Source of the DNA: Leucoraja ocellata
Taxonomy: Eukaryota
Length of the DNA: 64,000 nt
Assembly (NCBI GenBank): GCA_036785375.1
Contig: JAWMAR010000193.1
Location: 2,232,001 to 2,296,000, forward strand
Direction: 5' to 3'
Positions 1 to 13,275 of this stretch are shown here, piece by piece (the first letter of the stretch is position 1; each line of letters starts with the position of its first letter). The position numbers were made by a program, and so were the translations under genes. Under the pieces are notes generated by a model that did not search any database, was not told where the DNA came from, and saw only the letters and a program-made list of their open reading frames with translations.

Positions 1-1019
1 TACTTCAAGGGTTCTTCAATTTGGCTTAAATATTTGAGAAAAAAATTGAACAAATAGACGGAGTATTCAAAGTAAGAACTTTCATTTTTAACATTATTCT
101 ATGCAGACCAAAGCTCTAATTATGGTCTTTCATGTTCCAAAGGGATGCCATTTCCTTTTGTTGATCTATATAGGCCAAATTTAAATTTACTTCGGTTCTC
201 ATAAACACAATAGACATTGGAATCCACAAACATTAAGCATTTTAAACACAATTTTCATGCACATTGCCACGCAGTAACACTACCAAAATAGGCCTCAATC
301 CTTTGACTGACCTTGCCAAACCTATTAAGAAAAAGTTAGCAGAGCACTTTTAATAATATACTTCTTTGAAAGCACTTTAAATACACTTCTTATTTTTAGT
401 ATTTGTCTAAAGTTATCAAAACTGTCTTTGCACTTAATCCAACCATTGCATCTTAAAGTCACCCGATTCTAAACACATTATCCTACTTATGATAACTCAC
501 AATAAAATGTTTGTATAAATAGTCAGTAGATGGCTCTGCAGCTTTGAACTAAATACTTTCTAATCCACTTTGCTGCTGAGTAGTTTTAATTTCACAGTTC
601 CATGTTAAATTCTGTTGCCCCTAATCTTTCTTCCATTTATACTATTCCTTAAAATTCAAACTCTAAATAGAATGGGCTTGTTCAAAGGTAGCTCAGAGTT
701 TTAGTTTGCAACTTCATAAATGTTTTCTTAAGTTCATTATTAAAGTATTTCAACACAGCCCATGACTGACCTATTTACATTTGCCTGCTTGACCATTCAG
801 TAGTGTAGATCGAGCATCTTAGCAATCAATATGTTTACTTTCCTCAAAATAGTGTTACCTATCATAGTTAAAAATAAAAGTCATTGAGACACGAAGTCAT
901 AAAGCGCCCAAAAAACATAACGTTTGTCCCACTGAGACAATCCTGACCATCAAACACCCAATTACACTCAAAACAAATAAAACATCAAATGCTGTTTTAT
1001 TCTCTACACATTCCCATCA

Positions 1020-1170
1020 ATTCACCTGAAATTCTGCCCTTCATCTAGACACAATGTGGCAATTTACAATAGGCAATTAACCTGCCAACCTATGTGACTT
1101 TGGAAGAGGAAGAGAAATCGAGGACCTAAAGAAAACCATGGGGGTCACAGGCAGAACATGCAAACTCCAC
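1020..1170 (-). mobile_element. Degraded HE1/V-SINE fragment
   Basis: Diverged match to the SINE body seen elsewhere in the window (aatttacaat...caattaacct...gtcacaggcagaacatgcaaactccac). Confidence 0.65.
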
Positions 1171-1312
1171 GCTGGTTGCATATCTGGGTAGGTGAAGGTG
1201 TGGGCAAAAAACTCTGCAAAATGTTCCACCGTGTTAACTATTCCATTCAAAAGAAACAAAGATTGTTAAGTATTAACCATTACATTTAAAGAATAAAGGG
1301 GAAAAATATGTT

Positions 1313-1558
1313 TTTGTTTAGTTTAGAGATACAGCAAGGAAACAGGCCCTTCGGCCCACCAAGTCTGCACTGATCAGCAATCCTGCACATTAACACTATC
1401 CTACACACGATAGGGATAATTTACACTTATACCAAGCCAATTAACCTACAAACCTGTATGTCTTTGGAATGTGGGAGGAAACAGAAGATCTCGGATAAAA
1501 CCCACGCGGTCACGGGGAGAGTGTACAAACTCCGTACAGACAGCACCCTTAGTCAGGA
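1313..1558 (-). mobile_element. HE1-type tRNA-derived V-SINE, 5'-truncated
   Basis: (TTTAG)n tail, CR1-like 3' segment gatacagc..gaaacaggcccttcggccc, and body ...caaactccgtacagacagcaccc. Confidence 0.85.
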
Positions 1559-2531
1559 ATTACATTCCAATATAATGGAATTACATTCCAGATGGAAGCT
1601 CTTACTGTTCGTAAAATCTAAAACAGGTGATAAAGCAAATGAACAAGATGACTGGAGGTATATATTTAATGGAAGTAAAGGAAAACAACTGAACAACTGA
1701 AAATAACAGTACCTCAGAAGTGAATTGAAAATCTTGTTGCTGTGAATGTAAATAGATCTGTGGAAGTCAAATGCCTATGAGTTTTAATATGCCTTAAAGG
1801 ATGTGCTGGGATGGCATAGCTACGGTGGGATGTCCCAATGAATCAAAATTATTTTGCATTTGAGGGATTGAGGGGACAGAAGCTGGAGCATTGGTTTGTG
1901 AGAGTGGAGGTGGGGGAAGCTCCATAAAGATAAGGTGAGCAAAGGATTAGGGGGCGGGAGATGGAGGATAGTGTGGATGCAGATCAGTTTTATTAATGAA
2001 GGGGAATAGGTAGGTGTTCTACTTACCTTGCTGGCCACCCAGATCCCAGGAGTGTTCAATGACAGGTGCTCCCAGGACATGGTAGGTCAGGTTCCTCAGC
2101 AAAGCTGCAAATGATGCATTGCATTGTGAATATCATCATCCCATGAACATCAGATAGGGGTTGCAAAGGTGATCCATTATAAGAAGCTGCAGCATTTAAA
2201 CGCACAGCATTTAAATCATGATATAATCGCAAGCAATATTTGACAACTGGAAATGATGCATCAATGTAAATAATATAATTCTTGTCTTTGCACTTAATCT
2301 TTTGTCCTACATTTAGAAAAACCATTTGTGAAAAACCATTTGTCAGTGTTGACATGTTTATCAAATATATCTATTGTAGGTTGCACAATGATTTAAAGAG
2401 TAGTTCACAAATAGCATGAGTAATCTATTCGTTCATCAACACAGTTTATAAACATTTGGACAAAAATATCAAGATCGGTGAAATTTAAATTGCCTTTATA
2501 AGGAACTGTCATTTAATGCTGTTTTCCTTAG

Positions 2532-2680
2532 GGGTTCTGATGGTTTAATTCTGTCGAGCAAAATACCCTGCAAAATGCGGCGAGATTCCTAACACTACAG
2601 AGACGTGCAAATGTCTTACATCAGTGGTTCAACCAAAAACAGATCTTCGGATATGCTGTGTTTCCAATGGATTGACACGG
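2532..2680 (+). other. Candidate spliced exon (149 nt), probably 5'UTR, first coding or non-coding
   Basis: Pyrimidine tract plus AG (gttttccttag) and a consensus donor CGG|GTAAGT. It is CpG-retaining unique sequence, but all three frames contain a stop. Confidence 0.4.
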
Positions 2681-3252
2681 GTAAGTGATCGCTTGCTAAA
2701 AGCTGATAAGAAGCACGTTAAAATCAATTTTAAAATTATGCAAAAAATATTTTAAATCAAGCTGCTATGTGCAGACAGGGAAAATAAAAAACAGTGAAGT
2801 TTCTACATGGAGGGTGCGTTACTTACAGATGATAAAATAGCAATTTAATTACGTAGATCTCCTTCACGAATGAAACTAATATTGTTTTCCCCATTTTCAT
2901 ACAGATCATTGCCTTTATGTCTTGCAGGTTTTCATTTTTGCTTATGTGCCTGGAGATTTAAAAATAAACTCATTCTTCGGTGGTGGCCAAATAGCGCAGT
3001 TGGTCGAGCATCAGGATTTTGTATGGCAGGCTTTTGCTTTTTAACCACATTAAGATTTCTCAACTCACTTCACAGAGCTGGGAAGTGGAGTTGACTTTCA
3101 TCTCATCAGTGTCAGTTGTTTGAACCAAAGTTCCAAACATGAAAGGCAGTCTCTCAAATACAGCACCTCACTGTATGAAAACGGTTGCGATACAAAGAAC
3201 AAATAGCAAAAATCTGAGATAAAATGGTAGGATATTAAATATAGATCTAGAG

Positions 3253-3434
3253 CAGGGGTTCCCAACCTTTTTGTTCCGTTTACCCCTGGCAACTTTAATA
3301 GCACATAATTATGTTATTTCACTTATTTATGAACAACTAATGATGAACAGATACTGAACAGAACCAGAACCAAACACAGTCAGTCAATGAGAAAAAATAT
3401 GTAAAAATCCAGAATCAACAAATTTACCCCCTTA
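3253..3434. mobile_element. hAT/Charlie-like non-autonomous DNA transposon remnant
   Basis: Starts CAGGGGTTCCCAACC after atctagag, with acctagag at 3435-3442 as an 8-bp NTCTAGAN-like TSD. The right TIR is degenerate. Confidence 0.45.
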
Positions 3435-3974
3435 ACCTAGAGCCATCCACGAAGTGAAAAGATGTTAAGGTAATTGTAAAACCTCCACTTGCACAGACGT
3501 TCGAACAATCAAAGGCAAGTTCAGACCCTTTGCATGCAAATCTAGTGTTTATGTATAATACGTATTAATGGAGATGGAGATTGCTTCTAACTTTTGTTGT
3601 TGCTTTCTGATTATGTGGCTCTGATTAGATTGTTGATTCTTGTGTGTGGTATAAATGTCAAAACTGGCTCTCTTCTGTTACATTGGAATTACTGTTATAG
3701 TCGCTGACCAAGAAAGTATCCTGTATGAACTGAAAGAACTGTATGTTCATCGCATTCACTAGAACTTGATCTACACCTTTCAATGTTTCTGTGATTCAAA
3801 TGGTCGGCTAAAATAATGTGTAAATGTTTGTAGAGTACTTGTCTCCAACATCAACTCATGCAGAGCATTGCAGATTCCAAACTTCCGCTGGTTAACAAAG
3901 TTCTTCCTCAGTTCTCCACTATATCACTTGCCCCTTACTATAAAGGTTTGAAACCTCTTCTCTAAATATATGAA

Positions 3975-4550
3975 TATAGAAGCAGCAGTACATAATTCAG
4001 TGCCTCAAAACCTGTTCCATCATGCAATAAGATTATGATAGATCTACCCTGGACCTTGTCCCCTCTTGGGTCAAATTTATATTGTCGCCACATCCAAAAT
4101 CTTTCAAAAATATCTTTGTTCTGATTTACATACCTTTAATAATCTAGCCTCTGCAACTTGCTGAGGTACAGAGCTCCAGAGGAGCACCATCATCTGCGAG
4201 AAAAAATCCTAACACACCTCAGTTTTGAATAACTGCTCCCTTAACAATATCTCCTCATTTGAGATTCTTCCACCAGTTGAAATATCTTGACATCCATCCT
4301 TTCACGCCTCTTTAGGATCATATATATCAAGAAGATCACCACACATTCTTCTAAATTCCAAAGAATATAGATTTAATTTATTTGGATGCCCATAACTGTT
4401 TTGAATCAGTATATCTTCTCATAAATAAAAAAATTAAAACCTTGCACTTTACTCCAAGTGCGGGCTTATCAAAACCCTGAACAATTGTAACAATAGATTC
4501 CTATTTCTAAAATTCAACTCATTTGCAAGAAAGGCCAATATACCATGTTT
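3975..4550 (-). mobile_element. Old CR1/HER1 LINE 3' fragment
   Basis: Diverged colinear similarity to the CR1 3' end at 52137-52800. Confidence 0.6.
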
Positions 4551-6773
4551 TGAATTAAATGCTCTAAAATCAGCAACACCTGATAACACTTGGGATGACA
4601 CTTTGGTTAGTTCCTGGACAACTTAACCCTGAATTGAATTTGGTCTTTTCAGCGAGTTCACACAGCAACTGAACTCACAGTTTAAAATTGAATGAAATAA
4701 GCAATTTACAACATCAAGATAATTAAATTCTTAATTGTAAGCAAGCAGCATAAATTATATGACGAGAGGCGAGAAATATATTGATAAGCTCGAACAAAGT
4801 TTACAAGAAGCACAACTGCAGGCAGAGACTTATTGGTCTCTAAAATGGTTTAAAGACTCGTGAAGAGTCTGTTTGTCAAGAAGATGCTTTCTAGGAATAG
4901 CAGTTTATAGACAGTTGCTCTGCCTGTGGGTGTTTATCAATTGAGCCACCCTAACCAACCATTTGTTTGGAAAAGAAGAAAGATGCTGAGAGCAGCTGAG
5001 AACTTCCAGGTCAGCAAATTAACCAAATATCCATGCTAAATTGCCGCAATAAAATGGCCACCCAATTCTAATGCTCACTGTAGCCAGTCCTAATTTGAAA
5101 AGTTAATGACGCTGAGATCAGCATGCTAGTTGGCTAAAATTACACTCACTATTGATGCTGGCTGTAAGAAAATCTGGTCCATTCACTTTATTGCATGCAG
5201 TTGGCGTAATGATGAACAATCAGTACGGTGCTCACCATAAATCCGGCCTTTCCATAGTAGCTTGACATTAGTTAATTAATCAGGCAAAACTAATAAAAAC
5301 ACTTTTGGCAAGAACAGTTTTAGAATAAGAGAAACAAATAACTTACTCTGCTGTTTACGATCATGGGTGATTTTGTAGCATCTGCATGTGTAATGTTATG
5401 AAAGTGTAGCAAGTATCTAGCCTGGGTATCGTTGTTTATGAAGTAAGTTAAATTGTTCACACGGCAGCACTTTTATCTGCTATCTGAAAAAGGGCAGTAA
5501 CGCAGTTAGGTTAAAGTAAACCGATTAACAACGTTGCTTCAATCAGACACATAATAAAATGGTGAATATATTTATTCTCCAAATGTCTGCATAACTGGCA
5601 GGTTTGTGTTCACTTGTAAAATGATTGTCATGGTAAGATGATGGTTGTCCTTCAATCTTAATAGTTATGGTTTTGACAATTAAACCGCCTGATAGAGCTC
5701 TTCAAAATGTAATAAGGGTCTACTACACCAGTAAATACTTTAATTATTTATGTTCTGACTGCAATTTCAGGCAATGTAGTAGGTTATTTAGCTATCTGCT
5801 GCTAATTGTGGCAACCCCACATGAATATCACATAGGCATTTAATAAGCCACATTTTTAACAAGCTGTTATAATTTAAATTGGAAAGATAGATGCATCAGA
5901 ATGCCTGATTTTGAATGTTAAATATTAGTTATGATTGTGCGTTACAAATTTTCTGTCAAAGTGATATCTTGGTTATGCAAAATATATGTCACAACATTTC
6001 AACTTTAATATTGCACCTTTTAAAAAATTAAAAACAAACGCACTAAACAAAACAAAAATAAAATTGTAATAAAAATAGCATATTTGTGTTTCAGTGGAGA
6101 GGTAGCATAACATATTAAATATAACTACCATTTGGACATTGATGACCATGTTTCTGTCATATTCGTGAGCAATTTTGTGCAGTGCTGTGTCAGACTGATG
6201 AGAGTTACAGACAGGTGATTGCATCATATTGTGCTGTTGTTTTCAAGTTTCTTTAAAGGAGTTACTAACCTGAAAATGGTAAATACAGCATAAAAGTAAC
6301 AGTATCCTGACTTTTGTGAATTTCCGATACTGTAAGCTTTGCAAAACAGGAAATTAGATCATCAGTCCTGATTAATAACAGGTTCTGGCTCTTTAACCTG
6401 CAATTTGTTATGTATTGATGGTTTGGAGTGATTAAAATCTAACCACAGAAGCTGAACCCTGACTATTAAATACCTGGCCTTGGTGGGATGACTTGGTAAA
6501 GTTGTAATGATTGAAGTAACAGTAAAATATCATAATGTGTGATTTCTTAACAGCTCTGAACTAATGAACTTAACAAAAAATGTAAATGGTGCCTTGTTAT
6601 AAACTACACTTCAAAAGGATAATTTTCTGCTAATGTTGGTAATTTTACTATTTAAGTAATCTATCTTAAAGATATACTTTTTTGGCCTACACCTCATTGG
6701 TCAAGCTTACATATTCCCTGGTGGAGTTGCTACACCTCACTCATTCAGTTTACTGGCCTCGGTTAAGGGCATA

Positions 6774-7073
6774 GGGCGGCATGGTGGCGCAGCAGTAGAG
6801 TTGCTGCCTTACAGCGCCAGAGACCCAGGTTCGATCCTGACTGCGGATACTGTCTGTACGGAGTTTGTACATTCTCCCTGCGACCGGGTGAGTGTTTTCT
6901 CCGGCTGCCTCATCCCCAAAACGTGCGGATGGTAGGTTGATTGTCTTCAGTAGAAATTGTAAATTGTCTCTAGTGTGTAGGATTGTGTATGGGTGATCAT
7001 TGGTTGGCATGGACTCAGTGGGACAAAGGGCCGGTTTCTGCATTGTACAATATCTCTAAAGTCTAAAGTCTAA
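6774..7073 (+). mobile_element. HE1-type V-SINE, full length
   Basis: tRNA-like head with A box (tggcgcagcagtag) and B box (ggttcgatcc), V-domain-like body, and (ctaaagt)n tail. Confidence 0.9.
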
Positions 7074-7113
7074 GGTTACATTTTGTGTTCAGACAATACA
7101 AATTGAGCAAGAA

Positions 7114-7424
7114 TTAGTTTAGTTTAGTTTAATTTAGTGATACAGTACGGAAACAGGCCCTTCAGCCCACCGAGTGCCAGCAATTCCCGCACACTAACAC
7201 GATCCTACACACACTAGGGACAATTTACATTTATAGCAAGCCAATTAACCTACAAACCTGTGCATCTTTGGAGTGTGAGAGGAAACCGAACATCTTGGAC
7301 AAAACCCACGCAGGTCACGGGGAGAATGTAAAAACTCTGTACAGACAGCACCTGTAGTCGGTATCGAACCCAGGTCTCCGGCGCTGCAAGTGCTGTAAGG
7401 CAGCAGCTCTACCACTGCGCCATC
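7114..7424 (-). mobile_element. HE1-type V-SINE, near full length
   Basis: Reverse complement of the same head, body and tail, with (TTTAG)n at 7114-7137. Confidence 0.9.
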
Positions 7425-7979
7425 AAAATTAATTTTGAGATTCTATGCTCTTGGCTGCGATTAGCCTCCATAAATTTTGAAGAGGCAAGAGGGAGGTTCT
7501 CATTCAATGTATTGAAGGGGACATTGAAACTGAGAAATTATAACCAGAGACTGTTAAAACTCCTCAAGTCTTTCATTTACATTGCTGTACCTGTTACTTT
7601 ATTTTTGCCCCAGCCTGATTCTGCTCACATTTGCAGATGTTAATATGCAACAGTGGCTTTAATGTAATCATCAGCAATTTGTAGAGCGGAACCACCAAAG
7701 CAGTTGCTAATGTCGGCATGTTAAGGGGCCTTACAATTCTGGAAATGTCTCCAATAGTTATATGTCCATCATTATTACTCACTTTTTTTTTTTCCATTTT
7801 GGCATTCTCACGAAATTGCTTCAGATAAAATACCTTTCACTTCATTCATGCAGTTTTGTCCTGCTGGAACATCTCTTTTTCTGATGATGACCCTTTCTAA
7901 ACTAGAGCTTCAGACATAGCCTTCTTTCCCCTTTGGTGTAGCTACCCCTCTGCCAGAACTGGCTAAGCTCTTATTTGTG

Positions 7980-8475
7980 TGTGTTCCATTTCAAGAACAT
8001 TTCCTCTCATTTTTCCCTCCATCCCTTCTCCTTCCATCCAGATCAGATTCTTCATGTTGTCAAATTCGGCGCCTTCTGCCACCACATTTTCTGTCACCTT
8101 AAATTAGATATCATCGCCAATCACATCTTCCCCACTTGTTTCAGCTTTCTAAAGGTACCATGTCTTCCTCAGGTACCTAGCTCTATTTCCGCTAATGCCC
8201 CCTTCCATTAAAGTACTCCTCATAGTACTTTCCCATGCAACTTGATTAGTACGGGGGTCAGATGTTATGAGGTGAGAGCAGGAGAATGGGGTTTATTAGG
8301 AAGAGATAGATCAGCAATCATTGAATGGTGGAGTAGACTTGATGGGCTGAATGGCCTAATTCTGCTCCTATCACTTATGATCTTATGTTCCAATGAACTG
8401 CAGGAGGTAACATATCTACCCTTCTACCTTTTTCTTTCTCACCATCCAGGATCCAACGCACTTCTTCCAGATGGC
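7980..8475 (+). mobile_element. Degraded Penelope-like fragment interrupted by a CR1 tail
   Basis: Diverged similarity to 22260-22690 on both sides of the 8241-8387 insert. Confidence 0.5.
8241..8387 (+). mobile_element. CR1/HER1 3' tail
   Basis: gcaggagaatgggg...gacttgatgggctgaatggcctaattctgctcct followed by an (atgatctt)-type tail. Confidence 0.8.
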
Positions 8476-8513
8476 AGGTTAAGAAGCATCTTTAGTGAAC
8501 ATGGATAGATTTT

Positions 8514-8597
8514 GGGTCTGAAGAAGGATCCTGACCCAAAATGCCACCTATCTCCAGAGAAGTTGCTTGACCCACTGAGTTACTCCAGCACTTTGTG
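8514..8597 (+). repeat. Penelope terminal-repeat segment with decayed hammerhead core
   Basis: gggtCTGAAGAaggatcctgacccAAAAtgcc...ctgagttactccagcactttgtg. Confidence 0.7.
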
Positions 8598-8609
8598 ATT
8601 TTTGGTGAA

Positions 8610-9366
8610 TTCATTCCTAAACTCCTGGTCCTTGCCCTGAGGGCCTGCATCTGCAATTTACTTCTCGACTTCCTCAAAATAGACCAGTTGGTTAGAATTT
8701 ATCATAACATTCTTTCCACCCAGACCCTCAACATTGGTTTTCCTCAGGGGTTACATGGTCACTTCCCTGCACACCTATGTCCGTGTGACCAAGTACAATG
8801 CTAACAAAAACGATGAGAGGGAGTTCACAAAGGGACCGGAACCCTGTGTCATGGTGTCAGGACATCAACCTATCCCTTAACATTAACAAGATGAAAGAGT
8901 TTGTTTTAGACCTAAGGAACACAGACATGTTCTCATTAATGGAGCTGCTATAACAAGTTCAAGTTCCTTGGGATCCATATCACCAGCAACCTAACCTGGT
9001 CCCTTCAAACTGAAGCAGTGACCAAGAAAGCACATCAGCGTATCTACTTTCTTAGGCATGTAAAACGCTAAAGCATGTCCACAAGGATTCGGTCGAAGCT
9101 TTACAGATGCAGTACAGAAAGTATCCTAATGGAATGCATCTCAGTCTAAAATGGCAACTGCTCTGCTCTTGACCACCCAAACCTGCACAGAATGGCGAAC
9201 ACAGCCCAGTTCATCATAGGCTCGTCACTTTCTTTCATTCCAGCATTATTAAGGCTGGAATTATCATCAAGGATGCCAGCCACCCTAGCCTCTACCTTTT
9301 CTCTCTACTTTCTTGTAGAAGAAATAGGAGCTTGAAAACCCAGGCATCCAAACTTAAGAACAGCTT
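8610..9366 (+). mobile_element. Rex1/Babar-like LINE RT/3' fragment (decayed)
   Basis: Translates to ICNLLLDFL..LVRI..STQTLNIGFPQG. Downstream are fkflgihi-like and 3' motifs matching 59323-59480. Confidence 0.7.
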
Positions 9367-10373
9367 AGTCCAAGGGCTGGAGTCTAGTCCAAGGGCTAGG
9401 CAGTAAATCCCAAACACTTCTTCATTCCCTCTTCTTTCCCACCTTTCCTGATTTACTCATCCCCCGCCTTCTTCTCTTTGTTCCATCCTTTGTTCTATTT
9501 TTATCTTCCCTCATCTTTACTCCTTTTCTCTGTCCTCAATTTTTAATTATTACACATCTCCTTTCTTGTCAGCCATTTTCTTTCCATCCCCATGGAGATT
9601 AATGCCTGTGTCAGGATACAAATTTTTCTACTGCAAACATTTTAAGGATGCCCTCAAAACAAACATTAAAGAGCATGGCACACAACCAAATGGGGGTAGA
9701 TTTAAACCCAGGACAAGGTTAGTATGGAATCTTCTTATCGAGTCCACATCACAAGATTAGAAATTGTACAGCCAGAGCTGAACACACTTCTCGTCATCTG
9801 CATACAATGGCGTCTTGCGCTTCTTGTGTTTCTTGTGCTTCTTGTGCGTAGTGGTGGAAAGATTGGTGGAAACAGAACCGAGACATGAATGCTCTTTCCT
9901 TGACCCCAGCATGGAATTATTTTATTAGATAGGTAAATTCCCATTTTAAGCATAACCATCTCTCCTTGGATATGCACAAGTAGAAGACAAGAAAGGGAAG
10001 GGAAATGACCCAGTCACCTGCAGCCTGAAAATCCCATCAACCACTGTTCATGTCTACCAGAAAGTCTATGAATGGAGCATTGGACTTTCCAGCTATGATG
10101 TACACACCTACAACCCTTTCTCTTATCCATAGCAGATATTTTCTCTGAGCAAGAGAGATCGCCACCAGCAACACCCGATAACTGTTTATTAGAGCTTGAC
10201 TGTTCACTTTCTCCAACTTATAATAGCACCTACAGTTCAGTTAAAATACTAAATGCTTTGGAGTTTCCTTTCATGATATATTTGTTTAATGCACAACATA
10301 CTTGCAGCTATTTTTTTAAGTTCATGCATGGAATGGTACATAGAATGCATGCTTGCTTTGGACTTAAGGTAAA

Positions 10374-10600
10374 GTCAAGTCAAGTTTATTTGTCACATAC
10401 ACGTGAGATGTGCAGTGAAATGAAAAGTGGCAATGCTCGCGGACTTTGTGCAAAAAGACAAACAAACAAACAACCAAACAAACTACAAACAGAATGGAAC
10501 AGAATCACATATTCTTTTACATATTAAATATTGTGGGCGGAAGGAAAAAGGGAAAAAAACAGCAATTTAAAAAAAAAAAGCAGTAGAGTGGTACAGTAAA
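10374..10600 (-). mobile_element. LINE 3' tail (Rex/Babar-type)
   Basis: (tcaag)n tail followed by tttatttgtcacatac...cagtgaaatg. Confidence 0.55.
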
Positions 10601-12997
10601 AGTTACAATCTTTAAATTTGAAGGTACTCATTTTTTTTTGGTGATCTAAACAAACACTAAATAGAGTGCGCGGAAAGAGTGTCTCTTTTATTTTAACAAA
10701 TGCATAGATCAATAATGCTTAAATTGTAATAGATCCCTCAAAATTATGTTATGCACCATCAATTCTTTCCAGGCTTCTTCTGAAATGTATTTTTCCTTTG
10801 AAATATCAGCAAATGAAGTCAATCATGACCAAAGATAACATTTAGTGTCCTCTAAGGACGACACAGCATTTCCTAATAAGACATCACTTGCAAATCACAT
10901 CATTGTGATAACAAAGTAATAATTGGAAGGAGCAGCTTTTGCGAGAACTAAAATAAAAGCCCTTTGAACATAAAATGTTTTGAAGAGTGGCTGTGACAGA
11001 AAAGTTTTGGAAGATGCAGACACTTAATGACTTAATGGCCATATACTGTCATCGTCACCCCAGCTCATTTTGTGCATTGGTGAAAAATTGTTCCAATAAA
11101 AGCTAAAATCTACATCTAGAATGTGGCATTTTTCTTCTGTCTGATTTAAATATATCATAGAAAATAATGACTGCATTTGGCCAATCATTTCAAAGTTGAC
11201 TGTCTCAACAATTGAGGCCTTTATTTTGATTTGAAGTCATGTTGTGCAAACATTAACAAATTCACACAAATATCCTTGTCTTCTTGCTTATACTCTTCCA
11301 CTGAAATAAAAATGAACATTATGTATTCATATGTTAATATTGAAGTATAATTTCTTGTATAAAGTGGTAAATATTCTCAGTTAATAGTGGGTTTTTTTTA
11401 CATTCTAAATTTATGTAACTACTCTGCTAAAATCTAGATTGCTGAGAGAGAGTAAATAAAAGTCACAAGCCACAATACATTACTGGATGCATCGTTTCGA
11501 GTTACACATCTGAGCAACTTATTAAGGAGCAGATTGACTGAAAAGCTGAGAATGGTGCCAATTTTAACATATTTGTTGTGCTGCTTTTGCTGCTATGAAG
11601 ATCTTTTGCCCTTTGAATTCTGCTTGCTGATCCAACAATTGGTGCATAAGGAGAAATTGTTCTCATGTGGGATATCATCTATTCCACTCCAACTGCTAAA
11701 GGTGGAGAAATCCAGTCCCTGACACGATCAATCTGCTCGTAAAACCAACTTTCCCCTTGTAACATTTCAAATGTCTTTTATGAGGGTTTTACTGAACTGT
11801 TAACGATTAAGGAGGCATCAATAGAGTGAAAAAAATCATTTGAACTGCTTTGCTACTTTCTGAAGCTAGTTGAATGACCACCCAAAATGGGACAAATGAG
11901 ATGAAATTAGAATTTAGTACTTGGCTCTGCAGATTTTGACCCATATGGCAAAATCACTTCAATAAACAGAACTTAGTTAGGCTTATGCTTCTTAACTAAT
12001 AGCACATCCATCTTTTTGCACTCTATAAATCTTAAGAACATTTCTATTACTGTGCAATTTGTCGAGCCAATGCTATTTATTACCCATTTTATTCTGCTGC
12101 TTTAAGAAGTAATCTGACAGTCATTTTATTACTTGTTCAATAAATTGTTAATTATAACATACTGATTGCTACTGACGTGATTTAAAAGCTGCAAAAGCAT
12201 TGTAGCATTATGCTTAAACCATTTCCAGCTACAAGTTCCACTTGTAAATTGAGGGAACTAACCTGGAACACATTGGCAATGCAGAACAGAAAAAAGGCAA
12301 AAATGGCTTATTGTTATTGAGGAATCACTGCCCGATGCAAAGGAATAAAAAACAATCTGGGTATTTTATCGAAGCTCTCCGAAGATTGTTTTTGTGACAA
12401 ACAAATAGTGGTCCTGCTGTTCCCAGCATTGAGTCCATAGTTTGGAATGTGCTGAAGGAGCCATTCATTTCAGGGCATGGATGAACTTACTTAACCCCTC
12501 CGTAGCGATATATATATATGCTTAAAGCCCCTCAGGATTGCCTGAAGCTGTTTTCAAAGGTTTTATGTTTTCATTTTGTTTTAAATCTTTTATAACAGAG
12601 GTAGAGAGGAGAAGGGACGGGAATTATTAGACAGTATTAGTAAGAAAACATGAAGTGATTCTATTTTGTAGAAAAAAGAAAGATGGACAGTTTGCCTCAA
12701 TCAGGAGACCCAAAAACCTAAGACTGTATTACGGTCCTTCAATTGTCTTAGCTTCCAATTTTTGGTTCATGAAAGTTTTAAAAATATTTCATGAAACTCA
12801 GATCGCCACATGTTAAAAGATTTGTGACAACAAAAAAAACATGATATCAGTCACGTGAAATTTGGAGAAGATTTTCCTTCATTGAACATGACCTCAGAAT
12901 GTTGGATGGAAAATAAATTCTGGCTTTTAAATCATATTTCACTTTCCCTGTCTCCCAACAACATTCTGGGTCTGCTTAAATCCAATTCTTTAAGCTC

Positions 12998-13275
12998 AGA
13001 GTCACAGTCATAGAGTCATACAGCATGGAAACAGGCACTTCGGCCCAACTTGCCCACGTCAGCCATCCCTTATCCCTCTAAACCTGCCCGATATATGCAC
13101 CTGTCTAAATGTTTCTTAAATGTTGCAGTAGTCCCTGCCTCAACTACCTCCTCTGGCAGCTTGTTCCATACACCACCCATTGCGCGAATACAAGTTACCC
13201 CCTCAGATTCCTATTAAATCTTTTCCCCTTCACCTTAAACCCATGTCCACTGGTCCTTGATTCACCTACTCTTCT
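12998..13275 (-). mobile_element. CR1/HER1 3' end
   Basis: (agtcat)n tail and gaaacaggc..ttcggcccaacttgccc; reverse complement of 60535-60897. Confidence 0.8.

Noticed and set aside
6774-6845. tRNA gene
   Set aside because: The A/B boxes belong to a SINE head that continues into SINE body and tail. The same holds for the other copies.
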